Both the position numbers and the translations under genes were made by a program. 64,000 nt of DNA, from contig NC_068984.1 in assembly GCF_001194135.2 (NCBI RefSeq), positions 27,677,724 through 27,741,723 on the forward strand, given 5' to 3'. Positions 53,601 through 64,000 of the stretch are shown in pieces (position 1 is the first letter of the stretch; every line of letters begins with the position of its first letter). Below the pieces are notes generated by a model that saw only the letters and a list, made by a program, of their open reading frames with translations, did no database searches and was not told the origin of the DNA. Origin of the DNA: Octopus bimaculoides (taxonomy: Eukaryota).

Positions 53601-54331
53601 GCTACTATTTCTGGCATCCCATTACCCTACTAATGAATTGTTAAAAATAGTCTTATATATAAAGACACATATAGTCTTATACAAAGTCACAGATTTAAGG
53701 GGAAGATGGGATAGATGATTAAATGGACATCCTTTCTTGAATGGTATTTATTTAATCAACATTGGGTGTACGAAACATCTTCATCTAGTACAACCTTGAT
53801 GGGATTAAAAGTTTCTTTGTCGAAGCACCTTACATGATTACATGCCACAACTGACTGGTAGGTTGCCTTTTTGTTTTGGAGGATAAATAGAAAGAAAACT
53901 ATGCAGCTCATGTGAGGAGTCAGTTCTACCAAGACAAAATCCTGGAGATTCTTGTGATTTATAGTATTAAAGGATTTGGGACCAATAAAATATTGAAGCA
54001 TATCTCAATGGCTTTCAGGACATGGAAACAATAAAACAAAACACAAAACCTGCCTACAAAGGAAGATGCATAAATTTCCAGTGACTTGAATAAGCTCATA
54101 TACATGTAAACATATGCATTCACATATGAAGAGTGAGATGGAGGGGGAAAAGGATAAAGATGGATAGATATATAGACATAGATAGATATTAAGTACAAAG
54201 AAAGAGAAGGGGGAGAGGGTGGGGAGAGAGAGAGAGGAGAGAGAAGAAGAGAGTGAGAGAGAGAGGAGAGAGAAGGAGAGAGTCAGTGAAAGAGACATGG
54301 GCTAATATGCAACTCGTAAATGATGGATATG

Positions 54332-54367
<36 letters not shown>

Positions 54368-55571
54368 TATATAAGGAATTACTTTTCTTTTAAACCATTT
54401 AGATAAGCAAACATGGCTATCTACCAGTTTGATCTAGTGTGATGTATTTACTTTTCATTTCCTCACATCTCCTAACGAGCTTATTTTGAGTCCTTTGCAG
54501 TTTTCAATATATAATTTTCTAACTCCATATTTGCTTCGCTATTCCTGGGTTTAACTAACTTTATTATCATAACTGCCTGACCCGATGTTAATATTCTTTG
54601 ATATTTGTAGAAAAGAAGCACATATAGATACTTTTATATTTTTAATCCTTTGCTTCTGATTGGATAAACTTGGATTTTAAATTGCTTGAACATTTATGAA
54701 GCTGCTGATAAGTATAACCTGAATATTGTTACTAGCTCATGGTTCATTTGTTTTTATTCCATTAGGGGAATACATACTGTTGAATCTGTAAACAAGAAGC
54801 GTAACTCCATTTGCTTTAAAACTGTGTTGGCATCAGATATTCTGGTATGATTTCTCTTGGATCATATTTACACAGATAGTTGTAAGATTTCTACAAGTAT
54901 GAAACCAAGCACTTACCCAAATTTGCATGCTGGTTGATAGCGTTGCCTTGAAAGTTAAATGCATATTGTATATATNNNNNNNNNNNNNNNNNNNNNNNNN
55001 NNNNNNNNNNNNNNNNNNNNNNNNNNNNNNNNNNNNNNNNNNNNNNNNNNNNNNNNNNNNNNNNNNNNNNNNNNNNNNNNNNNNNNNNNNNNNNNNNNNN
55101 NNNNNNNNNNNNNNNNNTATATATATATATATATATATATATGTATGACATGTATGTAGATACATATTCTTTTATTCTTTTACATGTTTCAGCCTTGAGG
55201 CTGCAGCCATGCTGGGGCACCACCAGTGTTACTTTTTTCTTTCTTTTTCTTGCCTAGCTAAGGCATGCACCTTGAGGTTGAGATGATTTTGAAAAACAAC
55301 TCGGGTCCAGCTATAGTTCTGGCTTAGATGTGTTCAGCCGTTATTGCTCTGAGGCAGCCTGGCACCACTGCTCTGTTGAGCGAGCATGAAAGCCATTGCT
55401 CTGATCTTGCAGTTCTTCTTGTACTGGATAGGATAGCCATAGCTGAATTGATATTGGTGGCACCTGCCTAAGGTCAGCAGAAGCATTGGCAGCAGTGATG
55501 CACGACGTGTGAGCACACCGCAACTGCCACACACTGCTATTACCATGCACCAAACTTCCAACGTGAGTAGT

Positions 55572-55728
55572 AATTGGAGAACTAGGTATTGTTAGTAAAT
55601 GCTCAAAGGAGAATCTGGATAAACTGAGATTTTCCGAAAGAGAATTTGATTGGCTAATTTGTACATTACAAGTGCAATCTATGAGTGGAACAGTAAAAAT
55701 ATGCAAGATTTTTCTCAAGTTCCAGCTT
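55572..55728 (+). mobile_element. Second, shorter copy of the same RLE-LINE 3' coding end
   Basis: About 155 bp similar to 56718-56870 (aattggagaactagg..gtggaacagtaaaaatatgcaagat..aagttcca). Confidence 0.8.
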
Positions 55729-56479
55729 GGGGCACCGTGTATGTGCAATGCATCCGTAGGATAAAACTGACCTGTCTCACAATGGTGAAATTGATATGAC
55801 ATTTTGGCAGTAAGCTGTCCCATATTAGAACAAACTCCAATGTTGTTTAATCAACTTTTTGTTTTTTACTGAAGCATATCACAATATTTATATAATAACA
55901 TAGTTGTTTGCCTGTGGTGTATTGTGCCATGAGTAGAGAATAGTTCACTGTTGCATTAATAATAGAAATGAAAAGCTTTGTGTAAGTGGCATGAAAAGTA
56001 CTCTGCCCTTCATAGTTGATGATTCCTTTAATCTAGGATTGAGTAACAACAAGGAATTTCTCTTACAGACAGGTTGTCTGTGCAACCTATGTGCCTCTCT
56101 GGCATGTTAGTGCCTAAGAATTGACCAGCTACTTATTTGTGTGATAAGAAGTGAGGATACTGTGTTCATGGTACGTGCTTGGAGAAGTGCATTGAAGACA
56201 AAGTACTTCTTTTAAACACGGTGAGCAGTGACCAAGAATTCTGTGTCCACCTCTCTTTTCTGGAACCATTTCAAACCCCTGCATTAATTCTGGTGTGCTT
56301 TCACTTTATAACTCCTGTTTATGCAGGAACATCTGGAGCATTCGATAATTTAGGGTGATATATCTGCAAACTGATTGGTTGATATTTAGAGCACATCACC
56401 TGATCTAAGTGTGGTTTGAGCCTAGTTACTAAAACTGTAAGGTTCTAATTCTAGGTTTTTCTACACATACATATGTACG

Positions 56480-56541
<62 letters not shown>

Positions 56542-56578
56542 TGGATGGATGCATGCATGCATACATGCAAGCATGCTG

Positions 56579-56965
56579 TACTATCATAGAGGTCAACTGC
56601 CCTGCAGATATAAATATCTCTTTGAAAATCAAAGAAAAAGAGAATATCTATGGTCAACTGCTTCAAAACCTCTAACTTCTATATCCAGACTATGAATTCA
56701 TATTCATACCAATAACAATTGGAGAACTAGGTTTTGTTAGTAAATGCTTAAAGGAGAATCTGGATAAACTGGTATTTTCAGAAAGAGAATTCAACCAGAT
56801 AATTCGTACACTACAAGTGCAATCTGTGAATGGAACAGTAAAAATATGCAAGACTCTTCTTAAGTTCCAAATGTGAATTTGTCTGTGTTAACTACATCCC
56901 AAAGACGGAGCCGTGTATCTTTGTTGGAAACCAGCTCCCTCCTCAGTGGAAGATTTATAATAATC
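56579..56965 (+). mobile_element. RLE-type LINE 3' end (restriction-like endonuclease domain plus 3'UTR)
   Basis: TIIEVNCPADINISLKIKEKENIYGQLLQNL*LLYPDYEFIFIPITIGELGFVSK..LQVQSVNGTVKICKTLLKFQM* fits the RLE pattern (IIE..CP.D.N...K..EK..Y ... P..IG.LG). Begins at an (AG)n/(GATA)n tract. Confidence 0.8.
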
Positions 56966-59327
56966 AAAAAATAGAAGAGACATACATATATACATACATA
57001 CACACAGGCACCCATAGATGCATACATGCACACACATGCATACGTAGGGGTGGATGAAATCATATCTTACAATGGCACCTGTAACAAAACACGTGTCACT
57101 AAAGACACGTCTAATGTGGGTCTTGTATTAGCATGCATATATATATATATTAGACAAAATGAGATAACAAAGCCAAGGGTGTGAAAATTTTTCAGGTCAT
57201 TTATAAAGAAAATGATATAGCTATAGTCTTACAGTTGTTTCTGGGATATTATAGATATCCCTTCATCAGAGATAATTTGACAATGATAAGAAAAAGTTCG
57301 AGGCTGTGTGTATCCTCTCTGATGAATCAAAAAATAGTTTACATAAAAACATTCAGATCAGGCAATAAAATTTTTACAATGACAAGAAGATAAAATTAGT
57401 TGATATAAATATATCCAAGTCAAGTAATAGACTTTTGACAAGAAGATAAAATGTGTCTGGTTTGTTGATCAGTGGGTGCTAAAGTTTTAGTCTCACTGTG
57501 ATCAGAAACCATAATTGTTTGTAGCATTTTAAATAGAAAAAAATGGTGAGTAGAGAAATAACAGATCATTTATAGTTCTCATATCTGGTTGTAGGATCTC
57601 GCATCTGGATGGAATTTAATACTTACCACTATTTTATACAAAGATGGTGGCTCAAAATTGCCTTCTTTTTAAAGAACAATGTGGTTGGTTGATGCCAGTC
57701 ACATGATCAAAAGATGGTTCTGTTTCTGAAAAACGGTGACTTACAATTGCTTTCTATCTAAAAACAGTTTGGGTTGTTGATGGCAGTCACATGATCAAAT
57801 GGTAGTTCACCATTGTTCTGATTTCTAATAGCTGTTGTGTAGCCAAGAAAGGCTTGTTTGGTGAGTGGGTTCTGTTATGGTTCAGTAGTTTTGGCAGGTG
57901 TTTTTGAGTTTATATGTATGACCCATAAGTAAATATATATACATATATATATATATATGTAATCACTGTCATAATTTAACATCCGCTCTTCTATGGAGAA
58001 ATGAATTGGATGGGTCATACTTCCAATTCTGGGATGATTTTTATGGCTAGATGCCCATTTGATTACCAACCATTTTATCGGATGCACTTGGTCAAGTTTA
58101 TCTTATCACCACCACTGAAGAGGTTGCCTTACTTTCAGCAAGACGAATGTATTTTCTTTACACTTCATTGCGTACTTCTTTCATTCATTAGTACTGTGAA
58201 CATCTTGTCCTCAGCTGATAAACCAGAGAGTGATGAAAGAGAACCATAACAAATGGATGATAATAGAGAATAACAGAAAAGTATGAAAATAATTGGCAAG
58301 AATGTTAAAGGAGTGAGTAATAAATGAGTATACAAGAATTGGTGGTAATTAGTTTCATGATTGACAAAGAAAGCATAAGAGGAGGGGAAAAGAGAGTATT
58401 GAAAGTGAGGAATATGATGAGAAGACTGATAAAGCTTTTAATTTCGCTATATATAATTGAGGTAGTGTTATCTATTCTGTTATGAAGTAGCCAAATTCTT
58501 AACTAAAACAAATGAAATTATTTCACTGATCTTTAAAGTGTTCATTTTGATTTTTACATTGAGAGGGTGCAAGCTCTTATTTTTAACTTCTGTTGCTTTA
58601 TAGCTATAGATACCCATGGCAAAGACTTTAGGAGTGAATCTTGAGGAAAAAATCTGAAACTGAACTCCCTAATGCATCCAACGTTGCTTTAACACATTTC
58701 TAGTTGAGTTAACTATGCTTTTAGTACTAGTAAACTTTTGCAAGAGTAAACCAACTGGTCACTGATACACTGACTACTCCATATAACAGCTTTAAATGTA
58801 TGTTGCTGGAGAATGACAGAAAATGAATCATCTGCAGATGTATAAACTGATAAAGAAACCATTTAACTTGATCTCTTCTCAAGCAATTTTGACATAGACA
58901 AGAATATGCTCTTAAACTAATATAGATATATGTTTTGAAGGAAGTGTCATTTTAATAAAGAATTTTGTTTGAATGTGAAATTGCATTTCACTTATATGAA
59001 GAAATATCAAGGAGAAATAACATTCATTGAAGGTGTGTTCAACTATTCATTGGGAGTAATTATGATTTGATGTGTTCTTCTTTACAGTATAATCATGGTT
59101 TTCCTAACTGCAACCATCAAAGATAATTACTATTGGTTTATTGCTGGTCCTGTATTTCTGTGAACATTAAAAGTATTTCATAGCTATGTAATTAAAATCA
59201 AATAAATATTAGTTTAAACAATAGTCTGCTGTAACTAATTTTACCACACAAAAGCAGTCTGTAGTTTACTTGCTTGTAACATAACATACAGGCAACTTGT
59301 TAATTTAACAAACCAGACCATAAACAA

Positions 59328-59639
59328 AGTGCAGGCACATGGCCTAGTGGCTAGAGCAGTGGATTCGCAATTGAGGGATCGTGGGTTCGAACCTCAGACT
59401 GGGTGACGTGTGTGTTTATAAGCGAAAAAACCTTAATTCCATGCAGCTCCAGCAGAAGGTAATGGCAAACTTCTGCTGACTCTTTCACCACAACTTTCTC
59501 TCACTCTTTCCTCCTGCATCTAGCAGCTCACCTGTGATGGCCCAACATTCCATCCAGGTGGGGAACCTATATGCCAATGAAACCAGGAAATCAGCCCTTA
59601 TGAGCTAGGCATGGCTCAAGAAGAAACAAACAACAACAA
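59328..59639 (+). mobile_element. tRNA-headed SINE family C with V-domain-like centre, (AAC)n tail and TSD
   Basis: A box tggcctagtgg, B box ggttcgaacc; central cacctgtgatggcccaacattccatccagg; TSD accataaaca at 59317-59326 and 59640-59649. Confidence 0.8.
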
Positions 59640-60349
59640 ACCATAAACAGATCACGCTTGTACTTATGCATACGTGTGTGTATGTCTGTCTCTCTGTTTA
59701 TGTATGTGTATGTATTGTGTTGAGTCAAACGTTCTCCAATGTTTTGGTAACTTATTCATCAAGTAACAACAAAAGCAGTCTAGAATTCAAAATAGAAGCC
59801 ATTGTGTTCCACTGTCTGAAGCCACCTTTTTGCCATTTCTTTGACCCATTGCTAGTACCAGTTCTTGTCCTTCAAGAGGAAGAACTCCTTCACTGTAGCT
59901 TTATCTCCTCTTGGTGGATAGACCTAGAATATATGGCTATAATAAGCAAAGTGCAGCAAGTGGTGAGGAGAGAGATGTTGGGTATGAGAGGGTATAACAA
60001 GTGGGACATGATTTTTGGATATGAGAGAGTGCCGAGAAAGATAGTAGGTATGTGAAACATTGAAATGTTGCATGGCAGAGGAGAGAGATAGCTGAAGGTA
60101 CAGAAAAGAGGTAAAAATAGTGTGGAGTGAGGAAGGGAGGATAATGGGCATAAGAGATCGAGGTGGTTTCAGCAGGGAGGAGGTAACTGGTAGTACAAAG
60201 AAAGTGGGAAGACTAGTGAGTGTCAATACTGCCTTCAAGTGATTACAGTTGCGAAGTAGTACTATGGATAGAGAGGTGATGGGTGGCAGGGTTTAAGGGG
60301 AACGAGATGAAAGGAATGCTTGATGGGGCAGAATGAGTTTTCATTATCA

Positions 60350-60560
60350 ACATTATCATCATCACCATTTAACCCCCGTTGTCTATGCTGGCAGGAGTTG
60401 GACGGTGTGACCAGAGCTAGCACACTAAGGTGCTGCACCAGACTCAAGTTTGATTTGGCTTGGTTTCTACTGCTGGATGCCCTTCTCAATGCCAACCGCT
60501 TTACAGTGTACCACATGATGGCATCACATGGGCACTTTTATGTGGCACTGCCACAAGTAT
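60350..60560 (-). mobile_element. RTE-tailed repeat copy
   Basis: catcatcaccatttaac..ctggatgcccttctcaatgccaaccgctttacag, same family core. Confidence 0.7.
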
Positions 60561-61553
60561 TTTCCACCACCAGAAGGATCAGTCTTAACACTTTTGTTGT
60601 GGGGTACAGTTTTACACACACAAACACATATGTACATACATACACACACATGCACACATACATATTCATATATGTATATATAAATATTTATGTATTGTAT
60701 ATATATATATGTATATAAATATATATTTATATATGTATATACGTATGCATATATATATGTGTGTGTATGCATGTATGTATATATGTATGTATATGACCTT
60801 TACATTCACAGGCATACATCCATACTAAAAAGTACACTCACAGTAGATTGAGTATTTAAGCTATAATACTGATATTCATGTATTTTAAATCAACAGATTT
60901 GCACCTAACTCTCTACTTTCTCAAAAGCAATGAATATTTCCAGTCTTTTTCTAGAATCTGAAGTTAGGTTTCAGAGAAGAATTGATTCATTTGTATAAAC
61001 TGACACATGATGAGAGAACTCTTATTCAGACTTAAATTCCTTACTGATTAATATGATCACATATTTGTATTCATTTAATACTGTTGAGAAGAAATATTTC
61101 ACTTTTGTAATTTCATAATCTTAATAACTCTGGGAATAAGCCTCTACTAATAAGCCTCTTCCACCATTGAAATATATTTTCTCTTTTGATTATGAATAAT
61201 ATTACTGCATTTAACAGATAATATGATAGAGCTCATCAATTCTGACAGGCTTTTTTTTGAATGACTACTTGTCTGTCCTAAACCCTGGCATTATTTTTCG
61301 AAGATGTAACCTGATTGTCTGGAACAATTTTTAGAATATATATGCACCTTATAAAAGCCCAAATATAGTGATTATCTTATTTACACTGCAGAAATATTAT
61401 AATATCTAAATAGTATATATGTATGTCATCGTGTTTACTTTTCTTTATTTTATAATAATATTATCAAATATGAATGTCACATAATCTTGTTTGCATTTTT
61501 AAGCTCTTCCATTACACAGAATTAAAGAAAATTTAATATATTACTTTATGTTT

Positions 61554-61766
61554 AGGTGGCAAGCTGACAGAATTGATACTGCACTGGAGAAAATGTTTGG
61601 CAGCATTTCTTCTGATTTATCATTCTGATTTCAAATACCACTGGGGTTAACATTGCCTTTCATCCTTTTGGGTTTGATAAAATAAGTACCTGTAGAACAC
61701 TGGGGTCGATGTAATTGATTTGACCCCTCCCCTGAAATTGATGGTCTTGTTCTAAAATTTAAAATC
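61554..61766 (+). mobile_element. Older SINE family A-related copy with 19-bp TSD
   Basis: aatatattact(t/a)tatgttt at 61535-61553 and 61767-61785. Confidence 0.8.
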
Positions 61767-61889
61767 AATATATTACTATATGTTTATTTTTAAAAGGTTA
61801 TCCTGACTCAGTAAATGATTCAGTTAAATGCATGTTCTCTGAGCAAGTCATTTACCAAACAAGTACCACATCAAAATGGTTTTATTATT

Positions 61890-62650
61890 CTTTTCTAATC
61901 TAGGCACAAGGCCAGAAATATTGGGGGAGGAGGCCAGTCGATTAGATCGACCCCAGTACGCAACTGGTACTTAATTTATCGACCCCGAAAAGAGGAAATG
62001 CAAAGTTGACCTCGGTGGAATTTGAACTCAGAACGAAAAGATAGACGAAATACCGTTAAGCATTTCACACGGCATGCTAATGTTTCTTATTTCTTTATTG
62101 CCTGCAAGTGTTAAACATAGAGGGGACATACAAAGGGATTAAGTTGATTACATCGACCCTAGTGCNNNNNNNNNNNNNNNNNNNNNNNNNNNNNNNNNNN
62201 NNNNNNNNNNNNNNNNNNNNNNNNNNNNNNNNNNNNNNNNNNNNNNNNNNNNNNNNNNNNNNNNNNNNNNNNNNNNNNAGGATGAAAAGCAAAGTCGACC
62301 TTGGTGGAATTTGAACTCAGAACAAAAGGATAGATGAAATACTGTTAAGCATTTCACCTGGCGTGCTAACGTTTCTTATTTCTTTATTCCCCACAAGGGG
62401 CTAAACATAGAGAGGACAAACAAGGACAAACAAAGGAATTAAGTTGATTACATCGACCCCAGTGCGTAACTAGTACTTAATTTATCAACCCCCGAAAGGA
62501 TGAAAAGCAAAGTCGACCTTGGTGGAATTTGAACTCAGAACGTAACGGCAGATGAAATACTGCTAAGCATTTCGTTCAACCTGCTAACGTTTCTGCCAGC
62601 TCACCATCTTTAAAATGGTGTGCTAACATTTATGTCAGCTTGACGCCTTT
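61890..62650 (-). mobile_element. SINE family A trimer plus duplicated partial head
   Basis: Three body units joined tail-to-gaaacgttagcac; flanking TSD aaaatggtt(t/a)tattatt at 61873-61889 and 62651-62667; N gap in the middle unit. Confidence 0.88.
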
Positions 62651-62899
62651 AAAATGGTTATATTATTGGCTTTAATGTATCATTAAAGATAAATTCTTAA
62701 CATTTACTTCTATCACATTTTTCACAATGCCTGTTAATATTCACCAAGTCATCCTTTAATTGTTGCTGATCTTTTTAGAATAAAACAAAATATTTCAAAT
62801 AGGAATATGAAGGCTGTGCATATGAGAAGTAACAAAATTCTCAACAAAGCATTAATACTTTAGCAACTAAGGATACCATTGGTAGTAGAAGCCAATGTG

Positions 62900-63125
62900 T
62901 TTTGGCATGGTTGCTTGATCTGCTTGAGATAGCTGCCAAATATTTCTTAAATTCACTGTATCATCTTCAAATCATAAGAAAGTAAAGAAACAAGAGAGAT
63001 ATTCTGAAAATGTAGTCTTTGATGCACTGTCTGTAAAAAGTGGGGGTGGTCGTTTCTGGAATGTCTTTCATCAAAGTTCTGATAGATAAGGGTAAATCTA
63101 GAGGCTACATAACAATGATAAACAA
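62900..63125 (+). repeat. Dispersed repeat family D (SINE-like), decayed; related copies at about 12610-13085 (+), 42915-43145, 43385-43530 and 45012-45210 (-)
   Basis: Shared gatagc(a/t)gccaaat..aaatcac..aatgtagtc..ctggaatg(c/t)ctttgatca modules and (aac)-rich ends, recognised by eye. Confidence 0.55.
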
Positions 63126-64000
63126 TTATAATAATTAAAGCTAAACTAGTTTTCCATGAGCTGCTAACTAGACTGTGCATCGTTTCCTAGATATATGAGT
63201 TTGTTTTGTTTTTCCTTTCGTCCTACCTTTACTGGGTTTGTCTTTTCTTTTGTTTTTATTATTTCATTATCCACTTTCTAATTCAATTTACGTGCTGACT
63301 TCTTTTAGACAGAATGTATCTTCTATTTTAGCTATTTGAATGGCTAAACATTCAGTTTGGCAGATATTCATTTATCAAGTTGGATATCTTAGGTGAAATT
63401 TGATTGAAAAAAAAAGTAAAATATATAAACAATGAGAAACACTAAAAATAAACAAAACCTATAAGTAAATGAATGAATAAAAAAATAAAGTAATGAGTAA
63501 GCAGATAAAAGCTGCCTAAAATTCTTGCCAAACAATTTCAGTAATTCCTCAGCCTCCAAGTCAGACCAAATAACTCCAATAGCAATACTCAATGTGTTTT
63601 TTAGTTTTTCTTTAGTTTATCACAACATGTCTCTGCACCAATTCCACATGACTGTCTTTTAAAAATTCTACTAAATGAAGTAAGATTTTCACAGTAAATG
63701 CAAAACTACTTAGTCTAATAAATCAAATGTATTCTGTTTATATTTTTCATTTCTAAACGAGGTAAAAGACTTTTCAGAACCACACACTGTGTCCTACAAA
63801 TACATATTGTCTGAAATTAAACTGAGTTTCTTTTTTTTTTTCCTTATTTCATTTTTTATCCCCAATAATATTTGCAGTTTGTTATGATATACATCTGACT
63901 TTTAACAGCAAAACTGAAAAAATAACACTGCATTACATGAATTTTGTTCTTGGGTAGCAATTGCTATTTCTTATTTTCTTACTCCTCAAAAGTATGAAAA

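Noticed and set aside
55341-55823. 160-aa minus-strand ORF
   Set aside because: Runs antisense through an inserted LINE fragment, so it is unlikely to be a real reading frame.
59064-59165. Peptide KDNYYWFIAGPVFL resembling class B GPCR TM5
   Set aside because: Immediately followed by a stop, no good donor site, and no other GPCR exons found.
59333-59400. tRNA gene
   Set aside because: A and B boxes are present, but it continues into a SINE body, tail and TSD, and no complete cloverleaf is evident. The same applies to the family A and B heads.
59930-60330. Purine-rich tract possibly from a CR1/L2-like LINE 3' region (also about 35060-35500)
   Set aside because: Compositional resemblance only; no diagnostic motif recovered.
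1-64000. CRISPR arrays, operons or prokaryotic defence systems
   Set aside because: No regularly spaced identical repeats with unique spacers and no dense coding; the sequence is eukaryotic and repeat-dominated.

Overview
This is AT-rich, gap-riddled eukaryotic genomic DNA, not a prokaryotic window: there are no operons or CRISPR arrays, and N gaps sit mostly next to (AT)n/(AC)n microsatellites. The repeat complement (tRNA-headed SINEs, RTE LINE 3' ends with (GAT)n tails, Penelope-like elements, mariners) looks like an Octopus-type cephalopod genome; that is an inference, not a database result. I cannot support any intact host protein-coding gene. Nearly all listed ORFs are microsatellite or N-gap artefacts, and the recognisable protein homology is all transposon-derived: a near-complete decayed DD34D mariner (40361-41565), an internally deleted Tc1/mariner (15820-16691), a Penelope-like RT (26700-27910, minus) and GIY-YIG fragment (15628-15800, minus), an R4/Dong-like LINE 3' part (30180-31370), two further RLE-LINE 3' ends, and several RTE 3' ends. 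Two structures stand out. (1) A near-full-length 5S rRNA copy fused directly to an RTE 3' end and tail, inside a degenerate target-site duplication (6476-6921, minus): a candidate SINE3-type element or a one-off 5S-LINE chimera. (2) An inverted pair of about 150-bp repeats, each carrying a minimal type I hammerhead-ribozyme fold, bracketing the R4/Dong fragment (30028-31556). Also present: SINE multimers with the target sequence repeated between units, several long hairpins/MITEs, and a few weak exon-like segments on the minus strand.
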